Source of the DNA: Flavobacteriales bacterium
Lineage (GTDB): Bacteria; Bacteroidota; Bacteroidia; JACJYZ01
Assembly: GCA_020435415.1 (NCBI GenBank)
Contig: JAGQZQ010000001.1
Location: forward strand, 26,228-90,227
Direction: 5' to 3'
Length of the DNA stretch: 64,000 nucleotides
The position numbers were made by a program, and so were the translations under genes. Below the pieces are notes generated by a model that was given only the letters and a program-made list of their open reading frames with translations, made no database searches and was not told the DNA's origin. Of the stretch, positions 40,578 to 50,167 are shown one piece after another; the stretch's first letter is position 1, and each line of letters begins with the position of its first letter.

Positions 40578-41840
40578 TTATCCCAGGATCTCCATCCGCA
40601 CCGAGTCCAGCTTGATGAAGATGAAAAGGAGGATCGTAAAACCCCATAGCGAAGATCCACCATAGCTAAAGAAGGGCATGGGTATTCCAATGACCGGCGC
40701 CAAACCAATGGTCATCCCTATGTTGATGGCAAAGTGAAAAAAAAGAATGGATGCCACCCCATATCCGTATATCCTGCTGAAATGGGAACGCTGTCGTTCT
40801 GCCGCATAGAGTATTCGCAGCATAAGAAACAGAAAAAGGGAGATCACAACGAAACTACCCAGGAAGCCCCACTCTTCTCCCACCGTGCAAAAAATGAAGT
40901 CTGTGCTTTGCTCGGGTACAAAATCATACTTGGTTTGGGTTCCTTTCAGAAAACCTTTCCCGGTTACCCCTCCTGAACCAATTGCGATCTTTGACTGATT
41001 TACGTTATAACCCGCTGCATGAATGTCGGCCTCTTTACCAATCAATACATTGATGCGTTTGCGATGGTGATCGGCCAGAACATTGTCAAAAACATAATCG
41101 ACACTGTACACCAGGCCTGCACAAAGCACAAAGCCTCCGATCACCGCGATGATGTCTGACTTTGACTTTCTGACAAGGTAAACCAGCAACATTGCCACGC
41201 CGGCAAAACAGGCAATAAGGACAAGCTTATCAACCAACAAGGCCAGTATGAACACCAGTGCAAGGCCTGCCCCGATGATCAGGACGTTTCCGGATAGCCC
41301 TTCCCGAAACAACACGAGAACAAATGCGGAATAAACCAAAGACGAACCTGCGTCTCCCTGAAGAACGATAAGGGCCGCCGGAGCCAGGAGAAGGGCAAAG
41401 GACCACATTTTTATTTTCAGGTCCTGAAACTTTATTTCATGAAGCCCGAGGTATCTTGCCAGGGCAAGAGCGGTTGCAAATTTGGCGAACTCCGCCGGCT
41501 GCAGCCGGAATGCACCGATTTCAAACCAGGAACGGGAACCCGCCACCTCTCTTCCGAAAAACAACACGGCCAGCAGCATCGCCAGCGTAATGCCATACAG
41601 GATCATCGAAAAGGACTCCCAGAATTTACTTTCTATCAACAGCAAGGTTAATCCGATCACAAATGCTGTAGCAATCCAGATCATTTGCTTGCCATAGTTC
41701 CTGGATACGTCCAGGATACTCGCATGACTCTCATCATACACCGCCGCATAAATATTCACCCATCCCATGATCACCAGTAACAAGTAGGTTATCACCAACC
41801 ACCAGTCGATCCCTTGCATTATGTTCTTTCTCGTGCGCAT
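40578..41840 (-). CDS. rodA: Rod shape-determining protein RodA (SEDS family)
   Basis: 420-aa polytopic FtsW/RodA/SpoVE family protein, sitting in the mre operon context. Confidence 0.85.
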   Translation of the reverse strand: MRTRKNIMQGIDWWLVITYLLLVIMGWVNIYAAVYDESHASILDVSRNYGKQMIWIATAFVIGLTLLLIESKFWESFSMILYGITLAMLLAVLFFGREVAGSRSWFEIGAFRLQPAEFAKFATALALARYLGLHEIKFQDLKIKMWSFALLLAPAALIVLQGDAGSSLVYSAFVLVLFREGLSGNVLIIGAGLALVFILALLVDKLVLIACFAGVAMLLVYLVRKSKSDIIAVIGGFVLCAGLVYSVDYVFDNVLADHHRKRINVLIGKEADIHAAGYNVNQSKIAIGSGGVTGKGFLKGTQTKYDFVPEQSTDFIFCTVGEEWGFLGSFVVISLFLFLMLRILYAAERQRSHFSRIYGYGVASILFFHFAINIGMTIGLAPVIGIPMPFFSYGGSSLWGFTILLFIFIKLDSVRMEILG

Positions 41841-41851
41841 CGATGCTAAAG

Positions 41852-43651
41852 CTATGGATGGGTTTCTATCATTCTTTTCTCAAGGTCTTTTCGTGAGACT
41901 TCACCCTTGAGGTATTTTTCAATCATCAGTGTGGCAATGGGTGCCGCCCAGCTCGAACCGAAACCAGCATTCTCAACATATACCACAATCGCGATCCTGG
42001 GTTCATCCTTCGGTGCAAAGGCCATGAATATGGAATGGTCTTCCCCATGCGGATTTTGTGCCGTCCCCGTCTTACCGCATATGGCAATGCCTTCTACTTT
42101 TGCCCGGCTTGCTGTTCCGGCCTGAACCACCTTTTCCATTCCCTCAATCACCCACTTGAAGTGCGATGAGTCGATGGTGGTGTGGATCGGTTTCATGTAT
42201 TTCTCATCAATACTTTCCCGGCCTTCAACAGACTTAACAATGTGCGGAATGTAGTAATACCCCCGATTGGCAATGGTGGCTCCCAGATTCGCCATCTGCA
42301 AAGGGGTTACCCCAAGTTCGCCCTGACCTATCGCCAATGAAATAACGGAGAGCGACTTCCAACGGCCTTTGCCATGATAACGGTCATAGTATTCAGCCTT
42401 GGGAACAAGTCCCTTGAGATCCTGATCCATATCGGTTCCCAGGGAGGCCCCAAGGCCGAAACTGGTCACATGGTCACGCCAGGCATTGTAACCCTTCTCG
42501 GTTGTAGGATAGGGATCAATAATCGATTTGAATACCCGGCAATAGTATGCGTTACAGGAATGCTGGATGGATTGTACAAGGTTAAGCGGACTGGTATGGG
42601 CGTGACATCCTACCGTAAGTCCTCCAAAATGAAAACCGCGCTGACACCCATAACTTGTGGATGGAACCACCACCCCTTCCTGAAGACCTACCAGGGCATT
42701 CACCAGTTTGAAGGTGGATCCGGGTGGGTAGTTCGCCATTGTAGCCCTGTTGTACAAAGGTTTCAGACTATCCATCACCAGTTTGTTATAGTTGGTTGTT
42801 CGTTCCCGTCCCACCAGCAGGTTGGGGTTGTATACCGGCGCGGTGACCAATGCCAGGATTTCTCCTGTCGAAGGTTCTATGGCCACGATGCTGCCCATTT
42901 TATTGGCCATGAGATGCTCTCCGTAAGCCTGTAATGTGGCATCAAGGGTGGTGTGTATGTTCTTTCCCGGTACGGATAGGGTATCATATGCTCCGTTCTC
43001 AAAGCTTCCCACAACACGGTTATGTACATCAACCATTCTCACCTTTAACCCGCGCTGCCCCCTCAATACCGTTTCATAATAATGCTCTATCCCGCTGACA
43101 CCGATATAGTCACCAGCTTTGTAGTAAGAATCGCGTGCCAATATCTTATCATCCACTTCTCCCACATATCCGAGCACATGGCCCGCCAGGCTATCCGGAT
43201 ATTTTCTTAATGTCCTTGGCTGAAGGAAGAATCCCGGAAACTTGAACAGCTTTTCCCGGATGATCGCACTGGGATTTGAAAGAATATTCTTTTCAATTAC
43301 CGAGGCCTTGTAAGGAGAATAAGACCTGGCATCTTTCAATCGCTTTACAAAAACAACAGGTTTCAAACCGATGAGCTCACAAAATGCCGTGGTATCCAGA
43401 TCCTTTACCTGGCGCGGAATCACCATCAGGTCATATGCCGGTTCATTGTACGCCAGCAGTTTTCCCTGGCGATCGAATAATAATCCCCGGGCAGGATATT
43501 CGGTCACATAACGCAGGACGTTATCATTGGCGTACAGCTTGTACTGATCATCCACCACCTGGATATAGAACAAACGCAAAAGAAGTATCAGTCCCGTGCC
43601 GATAAAGATCATGGCCACCACCAGCATCTTCGACGAGATCACCCTGCTCAT
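41852..43651 (-). CDS. mrdA: Penicillin-binding protein 2
   Basis: Transpeptidase motifs STFK, SCN and KTGTA. 599 aa. Confidence 0.9.
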   Translation of the reverse strand: MSRVISSKMLVVAMIFIGTGLILLLRLFYIQVVDDQYKLYANDNVLRYVTEYPARGLLFDRQGKLLAYNEPAYDLMVIPRQVKDLDTTAFCELIGLKPVVFVKRLKDARSYSPYKASVIEKNILSNPSAIIREKLFKFPGFFLQPRTLRKYPDSLAGHVLGYVGEVDDKILARDSYYKAGDYIGVSGIEHYYETVLRGQRGLKVRMVDVHNRVVGSFENGAYDTLSVPGKNIHTTLDATLQAYGEHLMANKMGSIVAIEPSTGEILALVTAPVYNPNLLVGRERTTNYNKLVMDSLKPLYNRATMANYPPGSTFKLVNALVGLQEGVVVPSTSYGCQRGFHFGGLTVGCHAHTSPLNLVQSIQHSCNAYYCRVFKSIIDPYPTTEKGYNAWRDHVTSFGLGASLGTDMDQDLKGLVPKAEYYDRYHGKGRWKSLSVISLAIGQGELGVTPLQMANLGATIANRGYYYIPHIVKSVEGRESIDEKYMKPIHTTIDSSHFKWVIEGMEKVVQAGTASRAKVEGIAICGKTGTAQNPHGEDHSIFMAFAPKDEPRIAIVVYVENAGFGSSWAAPIATLMIEKYLKGEVSRKDLEKRMIETHP

Positions 43652-44157
43652 CGACTCACGGGATTTGTGAAGATCAGTTTAACAACGATGATCAGAAATG
43701 AGGTGATCAGGGTGTTGATAATGGTGCGGAACAGGACGGACCAAAAATAGTCCAGTGAGAAGGCTTCCAGGTAAAACAGAACAAGGTGGTGAAGAAAGAC
43801 CATGATCACCGTGTAGAAGACCATTCCCCGCAAACCCTGCGCACCTGCCTTGGTTTGTTTGTAGTCGTATGTATCCCGTTCAGAAAGAGACCGGGTAATC
43901 AATGGTTGACAAAATACCATGAAGACACAAGCGGCTGCATGCATACCAGCTGTATTGGAGAACATGTCTATGATGATGCCGGTCACGAAAGCGATAGGAA
44001 GAAGCAACACTTTTCTTTCATTCACAGGAAGCGCCAGCAGAATACTCAGGTACAGGAATGGGGTGAACCTTCCCAGGAAACTGATGTTGTTCAGGATCAG
44101 GACCTGGATCAGGATGAAGATTATAAAACGGATCGTATGTTTAAGCACTTCATTCAT
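43648..44157 (-). CDS. mreD: Rod shape-determining protein MreD
   Basis: Small polytopic membrane protein downstream of mreC. 4-nt overlap with mrdA. Confidence 0.7.
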   Translation of the reverse strand: MNEVLKHTIRFIIFILIQVLILNNISFLGRFTPFLYLSILLALPVNERKVLLLPIAFVTGIIIDMFSNTAGMHAAACVFMVFCQPLITRSLSERDTYDYKQTKAGAQGLRGMVFYTVIMVFLHHLVLFYLEAFSLDYFWSVLFRTIINTLITSFLIIVVKLIFTNPVSR

Positions 44158-44983
44158 TCATCGGCTCTTCATTCATTTTCTGAAGTTCTTGCTGTTCGTC
44201 TTTTCGGATGTTTTGAATGGCATATACAAATGACAGGTTGCCAAAGTCCGCAGCGGTCCTGACCTTCACAGAATAGAAATTATCCCCGGGAAGCACTTCG
44301 TAATCAACCACGGTGCCAATCATCAGACCCGCCGGGAAAACGGCAGATGCACCGCTCGTTACCACGGTATCTCCTTCCAGGATATCAGCAGGCAAAGGCA
44401 CATCACCCATGGTCAACAGACTCGGATCATTGCCGTCCCATTGGATCACGCCGGTGTACTTATTGCGTGAGAATCGCGCGCCAACGGTAAACTCTTTGTG
44501 AAGCAGGGACCTTGCGACCGCATAGTGTTTGGATACATTGGTGATCATGCCAACGATCCCTTTACCGGAAATAAGCCCCATGTACTCTTCCAATCCGTCT
44601 TCACTTCCTGAGGAGAGCGTGATATAATTGCTGCGCTGGTTCAGAGAATTGGCGATCACTTCTGCGGGATAAAAAAAGTATTGCATCCCATTCAGGCTAT
44701 CCATGGTACGCTGGTATTCCGATGTTGATGACGACGCCATCAACAAACTTCTTAACCTTGCATTCTCATCCGCCAATAAACGGTTCTTCTCCCTGAGGGA
44801 GAAATAAGAAGTTACGTTATCCCATGCACCGAATACACCTCCGGCAACGCGGCTTGACGAATTAATAAATCCTGCCCGTTGGTAGGTATTGTTTCTCACC
44901 ACCAGGGAAAAACACAGAATTTCAAAGGCAACGAATACGAAAAAGTAATGGTTTCTCCAGATGAAGCTGAACAGTGCGCGCAT
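44150..44983 (-). CDS. mreC: Rod shape-determining protein MreC
   Basis: N-terminal TM, a coiled coil, and a beta-rich C-terminus. Position between mreB and mreD. Confidence 0.8.
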   Translation of the reverse strand: MRALFSFIWRNHYFFVFVAFEILCFSLVVRNNTYQRAGFINSSSRVAGGVFGAWDNVTSYFSLREKNRLLADENARLRSLLMASSSTSEYQRTMDSLNGMQYFFYPAEVIANSLNQRSNYITLSSGSEDGLEEYMGLISGKGIVGMITNVSKHYAVARSLLHKEFTVGARFSRNKYTGVIQWDGNDPSLLTMGDVPLPADILEGDTVVTSGASAVFPAGLMIGTVVDYEVLPGDNFYSVKVRTAADFGNLSFVYAIQNIRKDEQQELQKMNEEPMNE

Positions 44984-45011
44984 GAAGCCGTACTCCTTTA
45001 CATTCCTTGAA

Positions 45012-46034
45012 CTACCTGATCAGGAACGGGAACTTATGTACGTTTTTGAGTGCTATGCCGGTCCCCCTGGCTACTGCCCTTAGCGGGTCTTCGGCAATGT
45101 GCACAGGCAATTTCGTTTTTAGTGCAATCCGTTTATCCAGGCCACGAAGCAATGCACCACCACCGGCAAGATAAATTCCGGTCCTGTAAATATCGGCGGA
45201 TAGCTCGGGAGGTGTCATCTCCAGTGCGTTCAGGATGGCCTCTTCAATTTTGGAAATGGATTTGTCCAGCGCATGGGCGATCTCCACATAAGACACTGAG
45301 ATCTCTTTCGGAATCCCCGTCATAAGGTCACGACCATGTACGGCGAAGTCTGGTGGTGGATTGTCTATTTCCGTAAGTGCGGCACCCACCTCAATCTTGA
45401 TGCGCTCTGCAGAACGCTCACCGATCAGGATGTTGTGCTGACGACGCATGTAGTCTTCAATGTCACTGGTGAAGTCATCACCGGCTACACGGATGGACTT
45501 ATCACAAACGATCCCACCCAAAGCTATCACAGCGATTTCACTGGTACCTCCACCGATGTCGATCACCATGTTGCCGTTGGGTTCCTCCACATCAATCCCC
45601 ATACCGATGGCAGCGGCCATAGGCTCATGGATAAGGTAAACTTCCTTGGCACCGGCATGCTCTGCGGAGTCACGTACAGCCCGTTTTTCCACCTCCGTGA
45701 TACCGGAAGGAATGCATATCACCATGCGCAATGCAGGCTGGATCAGTCTTCCCTTGCGGTTGATCATCTTGATCATTCCGCGGATCATGTGTTCCGCAGC
45801 GTGGAAATCTGCGATCACACCATCCTTGAGCGGACGTATGGTTTTGATATTTTCATGGGTCTTTCCATGCATCTGCATGGCCTGCTTGCCTACAGCGATC
45901 ACCCGCCCCGACAAGCGGTCTGTTGCCACGATGGACGGTTCATCCACCACCACCTTATCGTCAGATAGTATCAGCGTGTTTGCTGTTCCCAGATCAATGG
46001 CAATTTCCTGCGTTAAGAAGTCGAATAATCCCAT
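45012..46034 (-). CDS. mreB: Rod shape-determining protein MreB
   Basis: Actin-fold motifs IDLGTANT, DIGGGT and LAGGGALL. 340 aa. Confidence 0.95.
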   Translation of the reverse strand: MGLFDFLTQEIAIDLGTANTLILSDDKVVVDEPSIVATDRLSGRVIAVGKQAMQMHGKTHENIKTIRPLKDGVIADFHAAEHMIRGMIKMINRKGRLIQPALRMVICIPSGITEVEKRAVRDSAEHAGAKEVYLIHEPMAAAIGMGIDVEEPNGNMVIDIGGGTSEIAVIALGGIVCDKSIRVAGDDFTSDIEDYMRRQHNILIGERSAERIKIEVGAALTEIDNPPPDFAVHGRDLMTGIPKEISVSYVEIAHALDKSISKIEEAILNALEMTPPELSADIYRTGIYLAGGGALLRGLDKRIALKTKLPVHIAEDPLRAVARGTGIALKNVHKFPFLIR

Positions 46035-46231
46035 AAGCTAACCCCCGGACGAAAAGTGTGAACTTTGTTTAATCACTAAAAATAATGTTTTAAAATGGAC
46101 TGATGGGGTCAGCGGGATAAGTTTTTTAAACAATTGAATGCTAAAAACTATGGTGATGGTGGTTCGGGGAGTCTACAATGGTCATTCAAATGCAACTCCA
46201 TCGGATCATGGGAAGCAAACTCAACTTCATC

Positions 46232-46771
46232 TTACTTCCTGATCACGGTATTAAATTTCCCATGCTCAAAACGAATGGTATCCACCGCATTGGGATAGTG
46301 TTTGGGATCATCTGGATCTATCACCATGATTAACTGAAACTCTCCCCTGACCTCACCGGTAATCTCATCATAATGAGTCACCTTGATGAAATTGTCAAAG
46401 CCAATCATAGGAATAACGTGATACACATTATCAATCACATCTCCATCCTCTTGCAAGGTGGCATAAAATGCGCCGGTGATCACCGAATCTGTGTGGGCAT
46501 CTATTGTGTCAATCATATTCCACTGATTCTTGTACGGGATACGGAAAATATATAGCGACTCCCTTAGAAATTGATATTCATTGTATACATCAATGTTAAG
46601 GTCAAAACCGTAACCAAACGGTTTACTTGGAATGCCTTCGATCAAGGCACGCCAGGGCTGGCCATTTTTCACCGCCGTGGCCTCGCCTTCATAACCCTTA
46701 AGGAGGATGGGGTCCGGCTTGCAGCCTTGCAGCATGGGCAGGATTATAAGAAGAGTGACCAGGTACCGCAT
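46232..46771 (-). CDS. Lipoprotein, tandem paralog A (family of unknown function)
   Basis: MRYLVTLLIILPMLQGC is a lipobox. 179 aa. About 85% identical to paralogs B and C. Confidence 0.7.
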   Translation of the reverse strand: MRYLVTLLIILPMLQGCKPDPILLKGYEGEATAVKNGQPWRALIEGIPSKPFGYGFDLNIDVYNEYQFLRESLYIFRIPYKNQWNMIDTIDAHTDSVITGAFYATLQEDGDVIDNVYHVIPMIGFDNFIKVTHYDEITGEVRGEFQLIMVIDPDDPKHYPNAVDTIRFEHGKFNTVIRK

Positions 46772-46864
46772 TAGTTCTTTAATACCATTAGTTTCCTTGT
46801 CTCAACAAATTCGTTTGTTTTCAGCTGGACAAAAATACTTCCACAGGAACCTATAAGCGAATAT

Positions 46865-47404
46865 CTACTTCCTGATCACCGTAGTGAATTTCCCATGTTC
46901 AAACCGAATGGTATCCACCGCATTGGGGTAGTGTTGAGGGCGACTCAAATCAATGATCGTAGTCAATTGAAACTCTCCGCTGACTTCACCGGTATGTTCG
47001 TTGTAATGGGTTACGGTTATATAATTATCAAAATCAACGGCATTGAAAACATGATATATATTATCAATCACATCTCCATCCTCCTGCACGGTGGCATAAA
47101 ATGCGCCGGTGATCACCGAATCTGTATGGGCATCTATTGTGTCAATGATATTCCACTGATTCTTATATGGGATACGGAAAATAAATAACGATTCCCTTAG
47201 AAATTGGTATTCATTGTATACATCCACATTAATATCAAACCCGTAACCATAAGGTTCACTTGGAACGGCCCTGATCAATGCACGCCAGGGTCGGCCATTT
47301 TTCACCGCCGTGACCTCCCCTTTATAGCCCTGAAGCAGGATGGGGTCCGGCTTGCAGCCTTGAAGCAGGGGAAGGATCAATAGTAGAGTGACCAGGTACC
47401 GCAT
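46865..47404 (-). CDS. Lipoprotein, tandem paralog B
   Basis: Same length and lipobox as A. Identical 54-nt upstream leader. Confidence 0.7.
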   Translation of the reverse strand: MRYLVTLLLILPLLQGCKPDPILLQGYKGEVTAVKNGRPWRALIRAVPSEPYGYGFDINVDVYNEYQFLRESLFIFRIPYKNQWNIIDTIDAHTDSVITGAFYATVQEDGDVIDNIYHVFNAVDFDNYITVTHYNEHTGEVSGEFQLTTIIDLSRPQHYPNAVDTIRFEHGKFTTVIRK

Positions 47405-47496
47405 TAGTTCTTTAATACCATTAGTTTCCTTGTCTCAACAAATTCGTTTGTTTTCAGCCGGATAAAATACTTCCACAGGAATCTATAAGCGAATAC

Positions 47497-48036
47497 CTAC
47501 TTCCTGATCACCGTAGTAAATTTCCCATGTTCAAACCGAATGGTATCCACCGCATTGGGGTATTGCTTAGGATCATCCGGATCAATGACCACCATCAATT
47601 GAAACACCCCGCTAACTTCACCGGTATGCTTGTTGTAATGGGTTACGGTTAGATAATTGTCAAAATGAACGTCATTAAAAACATAGTATGCATTGTCCAT
47701 CACATCTCCATCCTCCGCCAGGGTAGCATAAAATGCACCAGTAATCAACGAGTCGGTATGCCAACCTATCGTGTCGATCAGGTTCATCTGATTTTGATAG
47801 GGAATCCTGAAAATAAACAAAGACTCCCTTTGAAACTGGTATTCATTATAGACCTCCATGAGAATATCAAACCCATAGCCAAGTGGTTTGTTTGGAACAG
47901 CCCGGATCAAGGCACGCCAGGGCTGGCCATTTTTCACCGCCGTAGCCTCGCCTTCATAACCCTGAAGCAGGATAGGGTCCGGCTTGCAGCCTTGAAGCAG
48001 GGGCAGGATCAAAAGTAGAGTGACCAGGTACCGCAT
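47497..48036 (-). CDS. Lipoprotein, tandem paralog C
   Basis: Same as A and B. The upstream leader copy at 48037-48095 is followed by unique sequence. Confidence 0.7.
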   Translation of the reverse strand: MRYLVTLLLILPLLQGCKPDPILLQGYEGEATAVKNGQPWRALIRAVPNKPLGYGFDILMEVYNEYQFQRESLFIFRIPYQNQMNLIDTIGWHTDSLITGAFYATLAEDGDVMDNAYYVFNDVHFDNYLTVTHYNKHTGEVSGVFQLMVVIDPDDPKQYPNAVDTIRFEHGKFTTVIRK

Positions 48037-48459
48037 TAGTTCCTTAATACCATTAGTTTCCTTGTCTCAACAAATTCGTTTGTTCTCAGCCGGACAAAAT
48101 ATTGTCCAGGCGTTAACCCCGAAATATCCAACTTAAAGGTATGAAGTCCTGAAGGAAAACCGCCATTGTCTTTGGCAAGGATTAATTTTCAGCATGATTT
48201 CAGGTGTTTGGTTTGAAGCAAAGCTATCCCAAACGGAACCGTTAGTAAAGGGACAAGTCAATGACGTTTGATAGTTAGGATGATCTGGTCCGGGGTTATT
48301 TTGTCAACAACAAAAACCTCGTCAGATACAGATTACGGAGCTTGTAATCGCATCAAAAGAATATTCAGCGGTACCCATTGTGGAATGGAATCCTTACTGC
48401 ACAAAACGTGCAAAGGTCATCAAAATAGAAACTTCAGGATAAAGGGGACAAATCCTCGT

Positions 48460-49983
48460 CTAATGTTTAAAATGCCGCTTACCGGTCACGACCATGGCCA
48501 TGTTCTGTGAATTGCAGTAGTCTACAGAATCCTGATCCTTTACGGAGCCACCCGGTTGTACCACAGCTGTGATGCCCGCCTTGTGCGCGATCTCCACGCA
48601 ATCCGGGAAGGGGAAAAAGGCATCCGAAGCCATGACGGCACCCTGCAGGTCAAAGCCGAAGTGCCTGGCTTTGGCAATGGCTTGCTCCAGGGCATCCACG
48701 CGCGAGGTTTGTCCCACGCCACTTGCCAGAAGCTGCCCGTCTTTGGCCAATACAATGGCGTTGGACTTCGTATGCTTCACCAGCTTCACCGCAAAGATCA
48801 TGTCCGCGATTTCGCTCTGCGCCGGTTTCCTTTCGGTAGCGGTTGTAAAATCAGCGGCGGTTTCTGTGAAAACATCCCTGTCCTGCTCCAGCACACCATT
48901 CAGAATTGTGCGGAATTGTTTGGTGGAACGTTTGATCTCCTTTCTCTTCAGGATGATCCTGTTCTTCTTTGACTGTAGCAGAGTCAATGCCTCCGGTGCG
49001 AAGTCGGGTGCGATGAGTACTTCAAAAAACAACTTGTTCATCTCCTCTGCTGTGGCCAGATCAATGGGGCGGTTGCTCACCAGTATCCCACCGAATGCAC
49101 TCACCGGATCCCCAGCCAGGGCATCTTTCCACGCATCAATAAGGTGCTCCCTGCTTGCCAGTCCACAGGCATTGTTGTGCTTCAGCACGGCCACGGTGGT
49201 TTCTTCAAAATCATCTATCAGCGCCACGGCGGCATCTATGTCGAGCAGGTTGTTGTAAGATATTTCCTTGCCGTTCAATTTGTCAAATGCCTGATCGAGG
49301 TCGCCGTAGAAAACGCCCTGCTGATGGGGATTCTCACCGTATCTCAACACATGGGCCGGAGCCGCATCTGCTTTAAATACCATTGGCTGATCTCCCTGAA
49401 AGAAGCTGAATATGGCGCTGTCATAGTGCGATGAAACATCAAATGCACGGCATGCCAGGGCCTGACGTTGGGCCAGGGTGGTAACGCCGTCGTTCTCATC
49501 CAGGAAACCTTCAAGTACGGCATACTCTTTTAAGGAAGGCACGATCACCACATCGCTGTAGTTCTTTGCTGCCGCACGAATAAGGGAAATGCCACCGATA
49601 TCTATCTTTTCTATGATCTCCTGGTGGGATGCTCCGGATGCAACCGTATCTTCAAAAGGATAGAGGTCTACGACCACGAGGTCAATCTCCGGGATCTCAT
49701 ATGTAGCCAGTTGCTCCACATCGCCTGCTTCTGACCTGCGACTCAGGATACCTCCGAATACTTTTGGGTGCAGGGTCTTTACCCGCCCCCCAAGAATGGA
49801 CGGATAGCTGGTCAGTGATTCGACCGGGGTTACCGGAACCCCCAATCCTTCAATGAATGTTTGGGTTCCTCCGGTGGAAAACAGCTGGACGCCTTTTTCA
49901 TGAAGTTTCCTCACAGGGCCTTCCAGACCATCTTTGCTAAATACAGAAATCAGTGCCGACTTTATTTTTTTCTTTCCTTCCAT
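48460..49983 (-). CDS. purH: Bifunctional AICAR transformylase / IMP cyclohydrolase
   Basis: N-terminal MGS-like domain (ALISVFSKDGL) and a C-terminal AICARFT domain. 507 aa. Confidence 0.9.
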   Translation of the reverse strand: MEGKKKIKSALISVFSKDGLEGPVRKLHEKGVQLFSTGGTQTFIEGLGVPVTPVESLTSYPSILGGRVKTLHPKVFGGILSRRSEAGDVEQLATYEIPEIDLVVVDLYPFEDTVASGASHQEIIEKIDIGGISLIRAAAKNYSDVVIVPSLKEYAVLEGFLDENDGVTTLAQRQALACRAFDVSSHYDSAIFSFFQGDQPMVFKADAAPAHVLRYGENPHQQGVFYGDLDQAFDKLNGKEISYNNLLDIDAAVALIDDFEETTVAVLKHNNACGLASREHLIDAWKDALAGDPVSAFGGILVSNRPIDLATAEEMNKLFFEVLIAPDFAPEALTLLQSKKNRIILKRKEIKRSTKQFRTILNGVLEQDRDVFTETAADFTTATERKPAQSEIADMIFAVKLVKHTKSNAIVLAKDGQLLASGVGQTSRVDALEQAIAKARHFGFDLQGAVMASDAFFPFPDCVEIAHKAGITAVVQPGGSVKDQDSVDYCNSQNMAMVVTGKRHFKH

Positions 49984-50167
49984 GGTGTTTTTGTATGGTT
50001 CCGTTCACAACCGTGACGAGCGAGGGCGCAAGTTACGATGACCTGCCGGGGCAAGCAAAGACCGCCACGCTTACTTTTTAACATAGAATTCACAACACAC
50101 CCCTGCTGTCTCATTCTTAATTCTTAATTTTCCTCTTCATTCTTAACTCTACATTCTTAATCCCCTT

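Larger units (their letters stand above)
46232..48110. repeat. Three tandem duplication units of about 633 bp each (gene + 54-nt 5' leader + about 38-nt 3' flank)
   Basis: Unit starts at 46232, 46865 and 47497. The intergenic 92-93 nt is nearly identical between units. The leader tagttctttaataccattagtttccttgtctcaacaaattcgtttgtt is present three times. Confidence 0.8.

Noticed and set aside
46232-48110. A possible CRISPR array, because of the regular about 633-bp periodicity
   Set aside because: The repeating units are full protein-coding genes. There are no 25-40-bp repeats with unique spacers, and no cas genes.
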